A stretch of DNA of 64,000 nucleotides from Rhynchopus sp. YZ270_cl-10 (lineage: Eukaryota): contig OZ037845.1 in NCBI GenBank assembly GCA_964035575.1, forward strand, positions 1,054,001 through 1,118,000, in the 5' to 3' direction. Both the position numbers and the translations under genes were made by a program. This document shows positions 23,265 to 35,198 of the stretch, in pieces (position 1 is the first letter of the stretch; the number at the start of each line of letters is the position of its first letter). The notes below the pieces were generated by a model. The model worked only from the letters and a program-made list of their open reading frames with translations. It did no database searches and had not been told where the DNA came from.

Positions 23265-24569
23265 ATGGTCCACCCTGTGCCTTTCACCGTGAAGATCACA
23301 CACATTTACGACTACTTGTCGTCGAGCCAGCGCAGACCCATCTCTCTTGAGGACATGGTTGAGGGGCTGCGGAAGTTGCAGCTTGAGTTCACAGAGGCAA
23401 CAGCTCAGGAGCTGCACGGGAAGGCGGACGCGAACAACGACGGCTACGTGACGAAGGATGAGCTGTACCGCTTTGGGGAGCTGTACCCGACGCTGGCGGA
23501 CTGCATGTACTACCGAGTGGTGGACTCGGACGAGTCGAAGGCGCGTGTGGCGTGCATCGAAGGCAAGGCGGACAACCTGACACACCTGCGCCAACAGCTC
23601 TGTGGAGCAAAGGAGTCCCTGATGCTCGCACAGCAGGCAGCACAGGAGGCGGAGCTCTCCCTTGCGACGCAGATGCAGAATGTGCAGAGCTGCATGGCAC
23701 GCGAGGAGCAGCTGCGCAACGCGCAGGACCTTGCACGCCAGGAGACGGAACAGGCACGCTGTGAGGTGCGCAGACGCATCAGCGACGCCAACAACGCAAA
23801 GGACAGCGAGCGCCAGGCAGCGACAGCGGCCATGGATGCGAAGCGCCAGGTGGAAGCAACAGCACGCCGCCTTGCCTTCCAGGAGGCGAAGCTGTCGCAG
23901 GCGGAGGAGGCCGTGCGCGAGATTGAGCGGCAGCTGCAGGCAGCACGTAGGAACGTCGAGAGCGAGCAGGGCGAGTGTGCGCGTGCACGTGGCGAGAACC
24001 GCGAGGCTTTAACGCATGAGCAACATTCTGTGGAGCTGCTGAATGAGGCGGGACGTGTCCTGTCGCAGGTACAGGATGAGGTGTCACGTGCTGAGGGCGT
24101 TGTGCAGGACAAGCATACACGCGAGAAGGAAGTGGCACAGAACCTGATTGACTGTGCACAGGAGCTGAGCAACCAGAAGGGCCTGAAGGATGTGTGTGCA
24201 CAGGCAGCGCAGTCTGCGAAGGACCACGAACGCCAGAGCCATGCTGCTGAGGAGGCAGCACTGCGTGTTGTGGAGCATGCTGAGGCTGACCTGGACGACT
24301 TCAACAGACAGCACAAGGATGACGTGATGCGGAGGGAGATGACGAACACAGAGGAGCTGCCGCTGCTGGAGGAGGAGATCACCCTGCGCAAGCAGCGCGA
24401 GACGCTTGAGCAACGCGAGATGCAGCTCAACAACAACGTCACACATCTCAACGGCAAGTCTGACCGCCCTAGCTCACCACCACGCTCTGCAGGTGCCAGG
24501 TCGCCTGCAATGGCCTCCCCTCGTCCTCGCGTGCTGTCCGCCACACCGCAAAGAAGCGGGCGGATGTGA
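23265..24569 (+). CDS. EF-hand plus long coiled-coil protein
   Basis: DANNDGYVTKDE EF loop followed by A/E/Q/R-rich heptads. Confidence 0.8.
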   Translation: MVHPVPFTVKITHIYDYLSSSQRRPISLEDMVEGLRKLQLEFTEATAQELHGKADANNDGYVTKDELYRFGELYPTLADCMYYRVVDSDESKARVACIEGKADNLTHLRQQLCGAKESLMLAQQAAQEAELSLATQMQNVQSCMAREEQLRNAQDLARQETEQARCEVRRRISDANNAKDSERQAATAAMDAKRQVEATARRLAFQEAKLSQAEEAVREIERQLQAARRNVESEQGECARARGENREALTHEQHSVELLNEAGRVLSQVQDEVSRAEGVVQDKHTREKEVAQNLIDCAQELSNQKGLKDVCAQAAQSAKDHERQSHAAEEAALRVVEHAEADLDDFNRQHKDDVMRREMTNTEELPLLEEEITLRKQRETLEQREMQLNNNVTHLNGKSDRPSSPPRSAGARSPAMASPRPRVLSATPQRSGRM

Positions 24570-25734
24570 ACGTCCTGTGCCAAACCTGACTAACCTTATG
24601 TTCATTGTTATGTTCTCTGTAGCAGTACCTGTATCCTGCGAACAGAGCTTTCTTTACCTGTTTGTAATGTATTTTTCTTCCTCCCTATGTTCGGTAGTTG
24701 CATAATTGCCCGAACATATCCTGTACGCCTGTGTTGATTTGTGTACTCACGAATCGTGTTTGAATGAACATTTTTGACAAAAAACCCACGATCCCAGCAT
24801 ATGCATGGTCGTGCCGCTTTTTGTGCAACCTTTCCCAAATAACCTAAACTTATTGAAAGATCGTGCACGGTGAAGACCCATTTCTTTCAATTTTTCTCTT
24901 TTTTATATTTTCAGAGGGGTTCTTCCCTCGCTTCTTTCCTTTTCAAGAACTCGTGAACGGGATGGATTTTTCCTCCCCTCCCCCTTTTTTTTGCTCATTT
25001 CTCGGCCAAAATGTGTGCCGTTTTACATACTCTTTCAATTCTTGGTCACTGCATAGAGCAAACACCCTACATATATGACCCTCTTCCCACCTCTGTTTTA
25101 CATCCCCGCTATGCTCCTACGGGAACACGCCCAAAAATCATATTCGTTTTTTTTCCCTGAAGAACCGGATGCCGGTTCTTCAGGGGAGAAAAAAACAGCG
25201 GCGGTTGCACCTTCGGTATTTTTGCAGCTATTTTTGTGCCCACACAAGCTCACCCCTGCCTGATTCTCTCCTTTGTCGCGCCCCCTTCCTAACAGCATCG
25301 CAAGAAACGACAGAAGGCGCTGTCCTTTCGCAGGTCATAGATCACGTCTAATATTTCTATTGCTTGTTGTGACGCGTGTTTCGTAAATCTTTTGCTGAAG
25401 CTGTATAGTATGAGAACGACATTTCCCCCCTATTGAACAGGCAACAGAGCAAACAGGGCAAAAATTTACGAAAGCAACATTACCACGCAACCAGCTCGTG
25501 AATTTTGAAATTGAATATTTACGGACGCTGTCAAAGAAACTGGACGAGAGTTCCAAATAGTCTCTCAGCTCCACACCGTTTTGGATGTTTGTTCAGCATT
25601 TCCCGCCTTTTCAAGATGACATTGAGAACCCAGCTTGGGGTGATTGTTGATAAAAAAAAGCTGTTACTCTATCACATCCCTCCCTCCCTCACCTCATATT
25701 CCGCACACTTTGGCAGAAAGGCCCCTCTTTTGGG

Positions 25735-26256
25735 ATGGCGCCTGAGAGTGAGTTGGGTGTGGTGATTCGGTTTCTGGATGAAGGGACTGCTGACGTTGTG
25801 CGGAACATGCTGGATGACGAGGGGTTGGAGCTGTCTGTGGAAATGGACTCGGGTGGGGCTGGGACGCTTGGGTGGGTTACTGTAGGGGATCAACACTATC
25901 GAGGTAAGCTGGTACAGCTGCCGACTACGGGTGAGGTGTTTACGCAGGAGAACCCGCAGTTGCATACAAAGTCCTTTGACGTGACTGAGGTCTTGATTGT
26001 TGCTCGAGCACCAGACGTCAAAGGAGGCAGAAACGAGGCCACTCTAGAAGTCGAAATGACCCCTGCCCGCCACCCAGACGGTCTCACATCCACAACACAA
26101 AACATCCGTGAACACTTCGACAGAATCCAAGACGCAATCCCCCTCGCACCCTCCGACACTGAAATACAAGCCCTCCTTGCCGAGGCTCAATGGCTAGAAA
26201 CCATGAAGGAAGATCCCCGCTCAACATTCTCGGTCGAACCAGCTCCTGCTGAGTAG
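25735..26256 (+). CDS. TAF7 (TAFII55 N-terminal domain)-like protein
   Basis: VVIRF..ADVVR, VTVGDQHYRGKLVQLP, KSFDVTEVLIV and HPDGLTSTTQNIR parallel the TAF7 motifs FILRL, AKLVDLP, KTADISQMLV and HGITPPMKNVR. Confidence 0.65.
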   Translation: MAPESELGVVIRFLDEGTADVVRNMLDDEGLELSVEMDSGGAGTLGWVTVGDQHYRGKLVQLPTTGEVFTQENPQLHTKSFDVTEVLIVARAPDVKGGRNEATLEVEMTPARHPDGLTSTTQNIREHFDRIQDAIPLAPSDTEIQALLAEAQWLETMKEDPRSTFSVEPAPAE

Positions 26257-26392
26257 GGTGGGGGGGTGTGGGGTGTGTGGGAGGTATCTCAAAAAATGGT
26301 TTAAAAAAAGGTGAGTGTTTGAGTGTGATTCTGTCAGGGGGGAAAAGTAACACCCATTTTCTTGCAGGGATATTCAAAGAAAGAAATAAACA

Positions 26393-27554
26393 ATGCCGAA
26401 GGCCAAGACCGCCGTGAAGAAGCAGACCAAGCAGGAGTCGGACAAGAACCCCCTGCTCGTGTCGCGCCCGAAGAACTTCTCCGTCGGAAACGACCTGCCC
26501 CCGAAGCGTGATGTGAGCCGTTTCGTGCGCTGGCCCAAGTACATCACCCGCCAGAGGCAGAAGCGTGTGCTTGAGCGCCGTCTTAAGGTATTATTTTTTT
26601 TGGGTAGCACCACATGAACGAAGCAGCCAGGAGCATGCTTCTGTCTCTGCTCTTGTTCTGTGGTTGTGATTATCCCAAACACTGGGGAGTAGCAACGCGT
26701 GCTATGATTATCCATGTGGGGTAGCAGAGGCCTGGCTAGGTTCTGTGATGATCCCGTTCTGCAAGGGTGTGCTGTGTTGTGCTGTGCGGTGAGGTGGTGT
26801 GTGCTGTCTGCGGACCTGCCACCACATCGCACAACACAACACCACGCAGCCCTGTGCATCGAGGCAGTGACATACGTCATGATTACCCTCCTCCAGCTGT
26901 CGTCTCAAACGATGCATGTGCTGCGCAGGACTGAGGTTGCCTTGCCACAAAGAGGATGGAAGAGTGTCGTGCAGAATGGATACATTTACACAAAACATTT
27001 ACACACATGACACATGACAGGTGCCGTCTGCCCTTAACCAGTTCCGTCTGACTCTCGACAAGCAGACCAAGAACGAGCTGTTCAAGCTGATGGAGAAGTA
27101 CACCCCTGAGACCAAGAAGCAGGCTGCCGAGCGTCGTCTGTCCGAGGCAAAGGCCAAGAAGGAGGAGAAGAAGGCGAACCTCGCCAAGAAGGCACCCTGC
27201 CTGAAGTACGGAATCCAGCAGGTGACCCGCATGATCGAGGAGAAGCAGGCCAAGATGGTTGTCATCGCCCACGACGTTGACCCCATCGAGATTGTCGTCT
27301 GGCTTCCCTCCCTGTGCAAGGCACAGAACATCCCTTACTGCATTGTCAAGGGCAAGGCCGCCCTCGGCAAGTTCGTCGGCATGAAGACCTGCACCTGTGT
27401 GTGCTTCACCAGCGTGAAGGGAGAGCACTCCTCCACCTTCTCGAAGCTCCAGGACGCCGTGACCTCTGGATTCAACGGACAGTACGACGAGATGCGCAAG
27501 TCGTGGGGTGGTATGATGATGGGCCGTAAGGGACGCCCCACCAAGTCCGCATGA
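26393..27554 (+). CDS. RPL7A: 60S ribosomal protein L7a (eL8), copy 1; exons 26393-26587, 27021-27554
   Basis: [47 protein letters not shown]. Confidence 0.96.
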
Positions 27555-27714
27555 GCGTAGTTGTTGAGAATATCACTGCTGTGTGCATGACAACGTAGCT
27601 GAGTCAGTCGTTTGAAAAGTCTCCCCACACCCTTCTTTATTGTATTGTGCGTCGCAGTGTTTGCGACATATCAGCAACCATATTACACAGATCCACACAA
27701 AGAAACACTAAACA

Positions 27715-28617
27715 ATGCCGAAGGCCAAGACCGCCGTGAAGAAGCAGACCAAGCAGGAGTCGGACAAGAACCCCCTGCTCGTGTCGCGCCCGAAGAACTT
27801 CTCCGTCGGAAACGACCTGCCCCCGAAGCGTGATGTGAGCCGTTTCGTGCGCTGGCCCAAGTACATCACCCGCCAGAGGCAGAAGCGTGTGCTTGAGCGC
27901 CGTCTTAAGGTATTATTTGTGTTCCATTTTTCATTTTGGCTTCTGCGGTGCACTGTCTTTAAACACTGGGGAGTTACAGAGAATATGTGCGACGATTATC
28001 TGTGGGATAGCAGTCACTGAGGGAACTGTGCGAGAAATAATTGTTTACGTTTTCCTCCACGATTAACTCGTTTTCTTACACAGGTGCCGTCTGCCCTGAA
28101 CCAGTTCCGTCTGACTCTTGACAAGCAGACCAAGAACGAGCTGTTCAAGCTGATGGAGAAGTACACCCCTGAGACCAAGAAGCAGGCCGCCGAGCGCCGT
28201 CTGTCCGAGGCAAAGGCCAAGAAGGAGGAGAAGAAGGCGAACCTCGCCAAGAAGGCACCCTGCCTGAAGTACGGAATCCAGCAGGTGACCCGCATGATCG
28301 AGGAGAAGCAGGCCAAGATGGTTGTCATCGCCCACGACGTTGACCCCATCGAGATTGTCGTCTGGCTGCCCTCCCTGTGCAAGGCACAGAACATCCCTTA
28401 CTGCATTGTCAAGGGCAAGGCCGCCCTCGGCAAGTTCGTCGGCATGAAGACCTGCACCTGTGTGTGCTTCACCAGCGTGAAGGGAGAGCACTCCTCCACC
28501 TTCTCGAAGCTCCAGGACGCCGTGACCTCTGGATTCAACGGACAGTACGACGAGATGCGCAAGTCGTGGGGTGGTATGATGATGGGCCGTAAGGGACGCC
28601 CCACCAAGTCCGCATGA
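27715..28617 (+). CDS. RPL7A: 60S ribosomal protein L7a (eL8), copy 2; exons 27715-27909, 28084-28617
   Basis: Protein identical to copy 1, same intron position. Confidence 0.96.
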
Positions 28618-28890
28618 GCGTCGTTGTTGAGACTTAGTGTCACGCTGTTGAAGGGTGGCAACGTTGCAGAGAAGAAGTCCATGGCGTGCTCTTGTGCGTC
28701 TGGTATTGTTATGAATGTTACGAACTAAGTCTTTCGAGGATCATATCACAGTTTATCGTGTGGAAAAATAAAAGAACGAATCATTTTACTCTATTATTCT
28801 ACTTGCCCCGTCATCTTGTAACTATAATTACAACACATCCATTCTGACGCAGCAGAGTTCTGTTTCTTTCGGTAATCTCCACACAGCAAC

Positions 28891-29300
28891 ATGATGCACA
28901 AAACACAACCATTCGGCCAGAGGTGGCCAACAAAGTCACGGCACCCTCGGTGGGGCTCGAAAAATTATGTCAAACTCAACAGGTCTGATTGTTGCTGCTC
29001 TCCTCTTTTGAACACAACCACTTCACATGACACCACACACAGCGAGCATGATGACAAAACTTCTTGGCAGCACCGCAAGCTGCTCCCAATACACCTCTCA
29101 GGAGGATATGAGGGTTGGTCTTTCTTTCGCCCCTAGCTGACTCCACAACCTGTGCACATTCACACATCACATCACATCACATCACGATGCAACGCACAAC
29201 TGCAGCTTCGGAAGTGATGAAAACCACTGATATGCCGCCCCAGTCGGAGCTCCACGAGCGATGCCCGAATAGGCTTTACAATACCTTAGGACACCTCTGA
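28891..29300 (+). ncRNA. snoRNA cassette 1: box C/D families D (28891-28988), E (29048-29140), F (29214-29300)
   Basis: Same units as in cassette 2; RTGATGA(C)...CTGA boxes. Confidence 0.85.
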
Positions 29301-29441
29301 TCTCTCTTCTGCCTCGAAACACATGAATACTATTTAGATTGAGGAGCTGTTGATGTGATGGAAGGAGCGACACCTCGTACCCCACAAACACACCACACCA
29401 ACAGACACACTATTATCCTTTCCCTTTCCACTCAGATCCAA

Positions 29442-29921
29442 ATGTCTCTGTCCAGACGTGAGGAACACGCACACACAACAGCATGCTCTGATCTGGTGAA
29501 CCCCGTGGACGAGTTTGCACCCGGACAGGTGCTGCGGAAGGGACGGCGTGGGGACGGGGAGCGGTGCTACCTTGTTGCGTGGCGTGGTGCGGAGGGGCTG
29601 TGCACGTGGGAGACGGAGACTGTGCTTGAGGATGCAGGACACGTGCAGCTGTTGCGTGTTGGCAGTGCAGGTGCAGGTGTGGCGCTTGGTGTTGGGGATG
29701 TGGAGACACAGGACACACACAGCAGCAGACGGCGGCAGCGTGCGACGGGGTGTGTGAAGCCGGCACGGAGTGGACCGATGATGCGGGTGGGGTTGGGTGG
29801 ACAGATGCGTGAGGGTGTGTTGCGGACACTCCCACAGAACAAGCCTGTGCCACGTGTTGCGAAGGGGGAGAAGACGAAGGTGAAGCGTCTGCGTGACGAG
29901 TGGCGTGTGTCGCGATGCTGA
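29442..29921 (+). CDS. Small chromodomain-like protein, copy 1
   Basis: EFAPGQVLRKGRRGDGERCYLVAWRGAEGLCTWETETVL resembles the chromo YLVKWKG...TWEP motif. Confidence 0.65.
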   Translation: MSLSRREEHAHTTACSDLVNPVDEFAPGQVLRKGRRGDGERCYLVAWRGAEGLCTWETETVLEDAGHVQLLRVGSAGAGVALGVGDVETQDTHSSRRRQRATGCVKPARSGPMMRVGLGGQMREGVLRTLPQNKPVPRVAKGEKTKVKRLRDEWRVSRC

Positions 29922-30267
29922 GGTGCATGTGAGACACATCTGTTCTGTCTGACCTGCTTCAGGCAACCCTAACCTTTTATTGCTTTACTTTTCAAGAAAC
30001 ACTTTGGCTGGAACATGTGCACTGCACGTGTTGGCAGCTCTCTTGTCCTTCTTCTTTTGTTTATGTGCACATGAATGTTTGCTTCATGTAAATGCAGAGA
30101 TGTACCAAAACAGTCTGTCAAGCGGCTTTCTATCCACAGCTGCAGGACACTGTCTTGTGCATCTGTATTCTATTTAAACGAACACACAATTCATTCACCC
30201 ATTTCCCCCTTTTCTTTCTCCAATTCCTGCCCTGTTGTGGTTGTGCAGTTTATCCCACCACACGTTC

Positions 30268-30364
30268 ATGATGACCTTAAATGACTCCTGAAGGCACGCC
30301 CCAGCAAGGCGTGTCCTGTGTTGACATAGATTATGAGTCTCAAAGTGCAGGATCAGCCATCTGA
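30268..30364 (+). ncRNA. Box C/D snoRNA family A (predicted guide to SSU rRNA 5' end)
   Basis: ATGATGA...CTGA; D guide GCAGGATCAGCCA complements UGGUUGAUCCUGC. Five full copies. Confidence 0.8.
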
Positions 30365-30400
30365 CTACGACTGCTTGCTGTCTCTTGCTGTGAAGTTGAA

Positions 30401-30466
30401 CCGCCGCCCGCACAGGGAAGGTGCTGTAATGTGCGCTCTATCCCTAGTCTAGGTGGGCGCAGATGC
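30401..30466 (+). ncRNA. Putative single-hairpin AGA-box (H/ACA-like) snoRNA family B
   Basis: cgcccgc/gtgggcg and aggga/tccct stems followed by AGA plus 3 nt; five conserved copies, each directly after family A. Confidence 0.55.
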
Positions 30467-30527
30467 TCCTCTCTCCACCACATGCTGTTGTGCACAGCAC
30501 AGCACAGCACACTGCTTTCTCCACCCG

Positions 30528-30605
30528 ATGATGATAAACTTGGCATTTGGATTGAAGCCTCGGCTGTTGAAACCAAAACCTTTCTACCTTAACATATCTT
30601 GCTGA
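30528..30605 (+). ncRNA. Box C/D snoRNA family C (predicted LSU H69-H71 region)
   Basis: ATGATGA...CTGA; GGCATTTGG and CTACCTTAA complement LSU UUAAGGUAG-CCAAAUGCC. Six copies. Confidence 0.8.
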
Positions 30606-30631
30606 GCACACTTCCATCTCCACACAACAAC

Positions 30632-30729
30632 ATGATGCACAAAACACAACCATTCGGCCAGAGGTGGCCAACAAAGTCACGGCACCCTCGGTGGGGCTCG
30701 AAAAATTATGTCAAACTCAACAGGTCTGA
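30632..30729 (+). ncRNA. Box C/D snoRNA family D (predicted LSU target)
   Basis: Variant C box ATGATGC; D guide GTCAAACTCAACAGG complements LSU CCUGUUGAGYUUGAC. Six copies. Confidence 0.82.
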
Positions 30730-30788
30730 TTGTTGCTGCTCTCCTCTTTTGAACACAACCACTTCACATGACACCACACACAGCGAGC

Positions 30789-30881
30789 ATGATGACAAAA
30801 CTTCTTGGCAGCACCGCAAGCTGCTCCCAATACACCTCTCAGGAGGATATGAGGGTTGGTCTTTCTTTCGCCCCTAGCTGA
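30789..30881 (+). ncRNA. Box C/D snoRNA family E (predicted LSU target, likely yeast Gm908 equivalent)
   Basis: D guide TCTTTCGCCCCTA complements LSU UAGGGGCGAAAGA. Four copies. Confidence 0.85.
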
Positions 30882-30954
30882 CTCCACAACCTGTGCACAT
30901 TCACACATCACATCACATCACACCACGATGCAACACACAACTGCAGCTTCGGAA

Positions 30955-31041
30955 GTGATGAAAACCACTGATATGCCGCCCCAGTCGGAGCTCCACGAGC
31001 GATGCCCGAATAGGCTTTACAATACCTTAGGACACCTCTGA
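30955..31041 (+). ncRNA. Box C/D snoRNA family F, double guide (P-loop Gm equivalent to E. coli Gm2251, plus a second LSU site)
   Basis: GTGATGA; D' guide TGCCGCCCCAG before CGGA complements CUGGGGCGGCA; D guide CCTTAGGACACCT complements AGGUGUCCUAAGG. Five copies. Confidence 0.88.
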
Positions 31042-31176
31042 TCTCTCTTCTGCCTCGAAACACATCAAGTCTCCTGTTTCTTGGGTTGAGAGGCAACACC
31101 ACTCCTCTCCTCTCCCAGACAACCCTCCACACAGATTCTCAACAACACACCACAACACCCACCCTCACCACACAAA

Positions 31177-31821
31177 ATGGCACCCACCCTGAAGTTTCAG
31201 TACTTTGGCGTCAACGCGAAGCCTGAGGCAACTCGTCTTGCCGCGCACGTGGGTGGCATTGCGCTTGAGGATGAGCACATTGACTTCCCTGCCTGGGGTG
31301 GGGGTCTGAAGGCAAAGGTGGCCCCACAGCAGCTGCCACTTTTGCACGTGGACGGGGAGGTGGTGGGACAGCATAACGCAATCCTGCGCTACATTGGGAG
31401 ACTGACGAACCTGTACCCCAAGGATGCACGTGCGGCGCTGAGTGTGGACGAGATCATTGACTACGCGGATGAGCTCTTCACAGTTCTGCGCAAGTCGTTT
31501 GCAATCAAAGACGCGGAAGAGAAGAAGGCTTCCTATGCGACTGCCATTGCTGAGGGTGGGGACTTCCACAAGTGGCTTGTCTTCCTGGACTCGCGTCTTG
31601 CGGGGAAGAAGTACGCTGTGGGTGACTCCCTGACAGTGGCAGACTTGGTCATCTTCATTAATGTGCAGTTCCTTGTGTCTGGGTACCTGGACGGTGTCCC
31701 GTTGGACTCACTGGTGTCGTTCAAGAACCTTGCTGCACACAAGGCTGTGGTTGCAAACCACCCGAAGGTGAAGGAGTACTACGCGTCTGCGGAGGGCTAC
31801 CGTGCTGGTTTGAAGGCATGA
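31177..31821 (+). CDS. Glutathione S-transferase (Tyr-type, sigma-like), copy 1
   Basis: LKFQYF..KPEATRL, QQLPLLHVDG..GQHNAILRY, VGDSLTVADL. Confidence 0.92.
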   Translation: MAPTLKFQYFGVNAKPEATRLAAHVGGIALEDEHIDFPAWGGGLKAKVAPQQLPLLHVDGEVVGQHNAILRYIGRLTNLYPKDARAALSVDEIIDYADELFTVLRKSFAIKDAEEKKASYATAIAEGGDFHKWLVFLDSRLAGKKYAVGDSLTVADLVIFINVQFLVSGYLDGVPLDSLVSFKNLAAHKAVVANHPKVKEYYASAEGYRAGLKA

Positions 31822-32329
31822 GCTGCTTTGGGATGACATTGACTTTCTTTCACTTTGACACATTCGTTTTACATGTTTTCTTCACTTCGATTTCTTGTAT
31901 TTTGACTTGACTGGGTTGGGAGGGATGAATGTGCGATCTTTTGCAGATCACTCCCTTGCTGCACTGCCGAACGGGTGTTATTCAACCCATTGCACGTGTC
32001 TGTTTTGTTGAACGGCTCACGTTGCATTTGTGTGTGATCTGTGTTGCACACGAACTTACGTAATTGTTATTGTTTTATTCCGATGAATTTATTTTATTCT
32101 TCACATTTTGTTGCTCTCCTCTTCCGTTCCACGTCGATAAGACGTCTGCACGGTCACAACTTTCTTTGCTTTCTTTTTGTGTCCATGCACACAACTAACT
32201 TCAGCAGCTTACTTCTTTTTCGGTTTCAACTTTTTTTGGTTTGGTTTCTTTCACTGATACAGATGGCACCAACAAACAAACGACACCAACCCCTTCCCTT
32301 TTTTCTCTTCTGAACATTGACACGAAAAC

Positions 32330-32410
32330 ATGATGAAAACCTTTTAATTGTCAGTGCTGGCACCAATGTGAGTCTCGACCATGAGCACATACTTTAACCG
32401 CTTTGTCTGA
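32330..32410 (+). ncRNA. Box C/D snoRNA family G (predicted SSU target)
   Basis: ATGATGA...CTGA; GTGCTGGCACCA complements SSU UGGUGCCAGCAC. Three copies. Confidence 0.78.
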
Positions 32411-32483
32411 AACACTTCCGTATTGCACTCGCACCCCTTCACATTTCACATTTCACATGTGCAACACACCACACAGAGTTTAA

Positions 32484-33848
<1,365 letters not shown>

Positions 33849-34286
33849 ATGCGCCCAGCACTCCCGTGTGTGTGACTGTGACTGAGACCAAGACCTGAAC
33901 CAAGACGCCACACACACGTCTTTTGCTTTGATTTGTTGTTGTTTTTTTTTCTCTTTTCACTCTTTTGTTGTGTTTGTAATTCTCTATTCTGGTCAAGTTC
34001 GTTTGATTAAAAAGAAAAGCAATTTTCGCAACTCCTATTCGATCCACGCCGAGGCGAGGAGCGAGCCTCGGTACTCCATCCTGTTCCCCCTCCCCAACCC
34101 TGTTGTTTTTTGTACACGGGTCTTCACTTCTTTGTGGAGGTACGGAAGCTTTCGTAGCTTCCCCTCAAAACGTGTGCAGTATTTTTCTTAAAAAAGTAAG
34201 AATATGACCCCCACCTCTTTTTGTCGACAGTCTTGAGAAAATTTTTTCTGAACAGTGCATAAAGCACTATCACAGCCGACACGTTC

Positions 34287-35060
34287 ATGATGACCTTAAA
34301 TGACTCCTGAAGGCACGCCCCAGCAAGGCGTGTCCTGTGTTGACATAGATTATGAGTCTCAAAGTGCAGGATCAGCCATCTGACTACGACTGCTTGCTGT
34401 CTCTTGCTGTGAAGTTGAACCGCCGCCCGCACAGGGAAGGTGCTGTAATGTGCGCTCTATCCCTAGTCTAGGTGGGCGCAGATGCTCCTCTCTCCACCAC
34501 ATGCTGTTGTGCACAGCACAGCACAGCACACTGCTTTCTCCACCCGATGATGATAAACTTGGCATTTGGATTGAAGCCTCGGCTGTTGAAACCAAAACCT
34601 TTCTACCTTAACATATCTTGCTGAGCACACTTCCATCTCCACACAACAACATGATGCACAAAACACAACCATTCGGCCAGAGGTGGCCAACAAAGTCACG
34701 GCACCCTCGGTGGGGCTCGAAAAATTATGTCAAACTCAACAGGTCTGATTGTTGCTGCTCTCCTCTTTTGAACACAACCACTTCACATGACACCACACAC
34801 AGCGAGCATGATGACAAAACTTCTTGGCAGCACCGCAAGCTGCTCCCAATACACCTCTCAGGAGGATATGAGGGTTGGTCTTTCTTTCGCCCCTAGCTGA
34901 CTCCACAACCTGTGCACATTCACACACCACATCACATCACATCACGATGCAACGCACAACTGCAGCTTCGGAAGTGATGAAAACCACTGATATGCCGCCC
35001 CAGTCGGAGCTCCACGAGCGATGCCCGAATAGGCTTTACAATACCTTAGGACACCTCTGA
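34287..35060 (+). ncRNA. snoRNA cassette 3: A 34287-34383, B 34420-34485, C 34547-34624, D 34651-34748, E 34808-34900, F 34974-35060
   Basis: Near-identical copy of 30268-31041. Confidence 0.87.
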
Positions 35061-35198
35061 TCTCTCTTCTGCCTCGAAACACATCAAGTCTCCTGTGTCT
35101 TGAGAGGAAGCACTTCTCGCCCTTCCTTTCTCACCCAACGAAACCAACTCAACACAGATTCTCAACACCACAACACAACACCACCCTCACCACACAAA

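Larger units (their letters stand above)
29382..32418 (+). repeat. Segmental duplication (chromo gene, snoRNA A-F, GST, snoRNA G); second copy about 48413-51442
   Basis: Near-identical order and sequence, with the GST and its 3' flank more diverged. Confidence 0.9.

Noticed and set aside
26745..26933. GTGATGA...CTGA in RPL7A intron 1 as an intronic C/D snoRNA
   Set aside because: About 190 nt apart, no recognisable rRNA guide, and absent from the paralogous intron.
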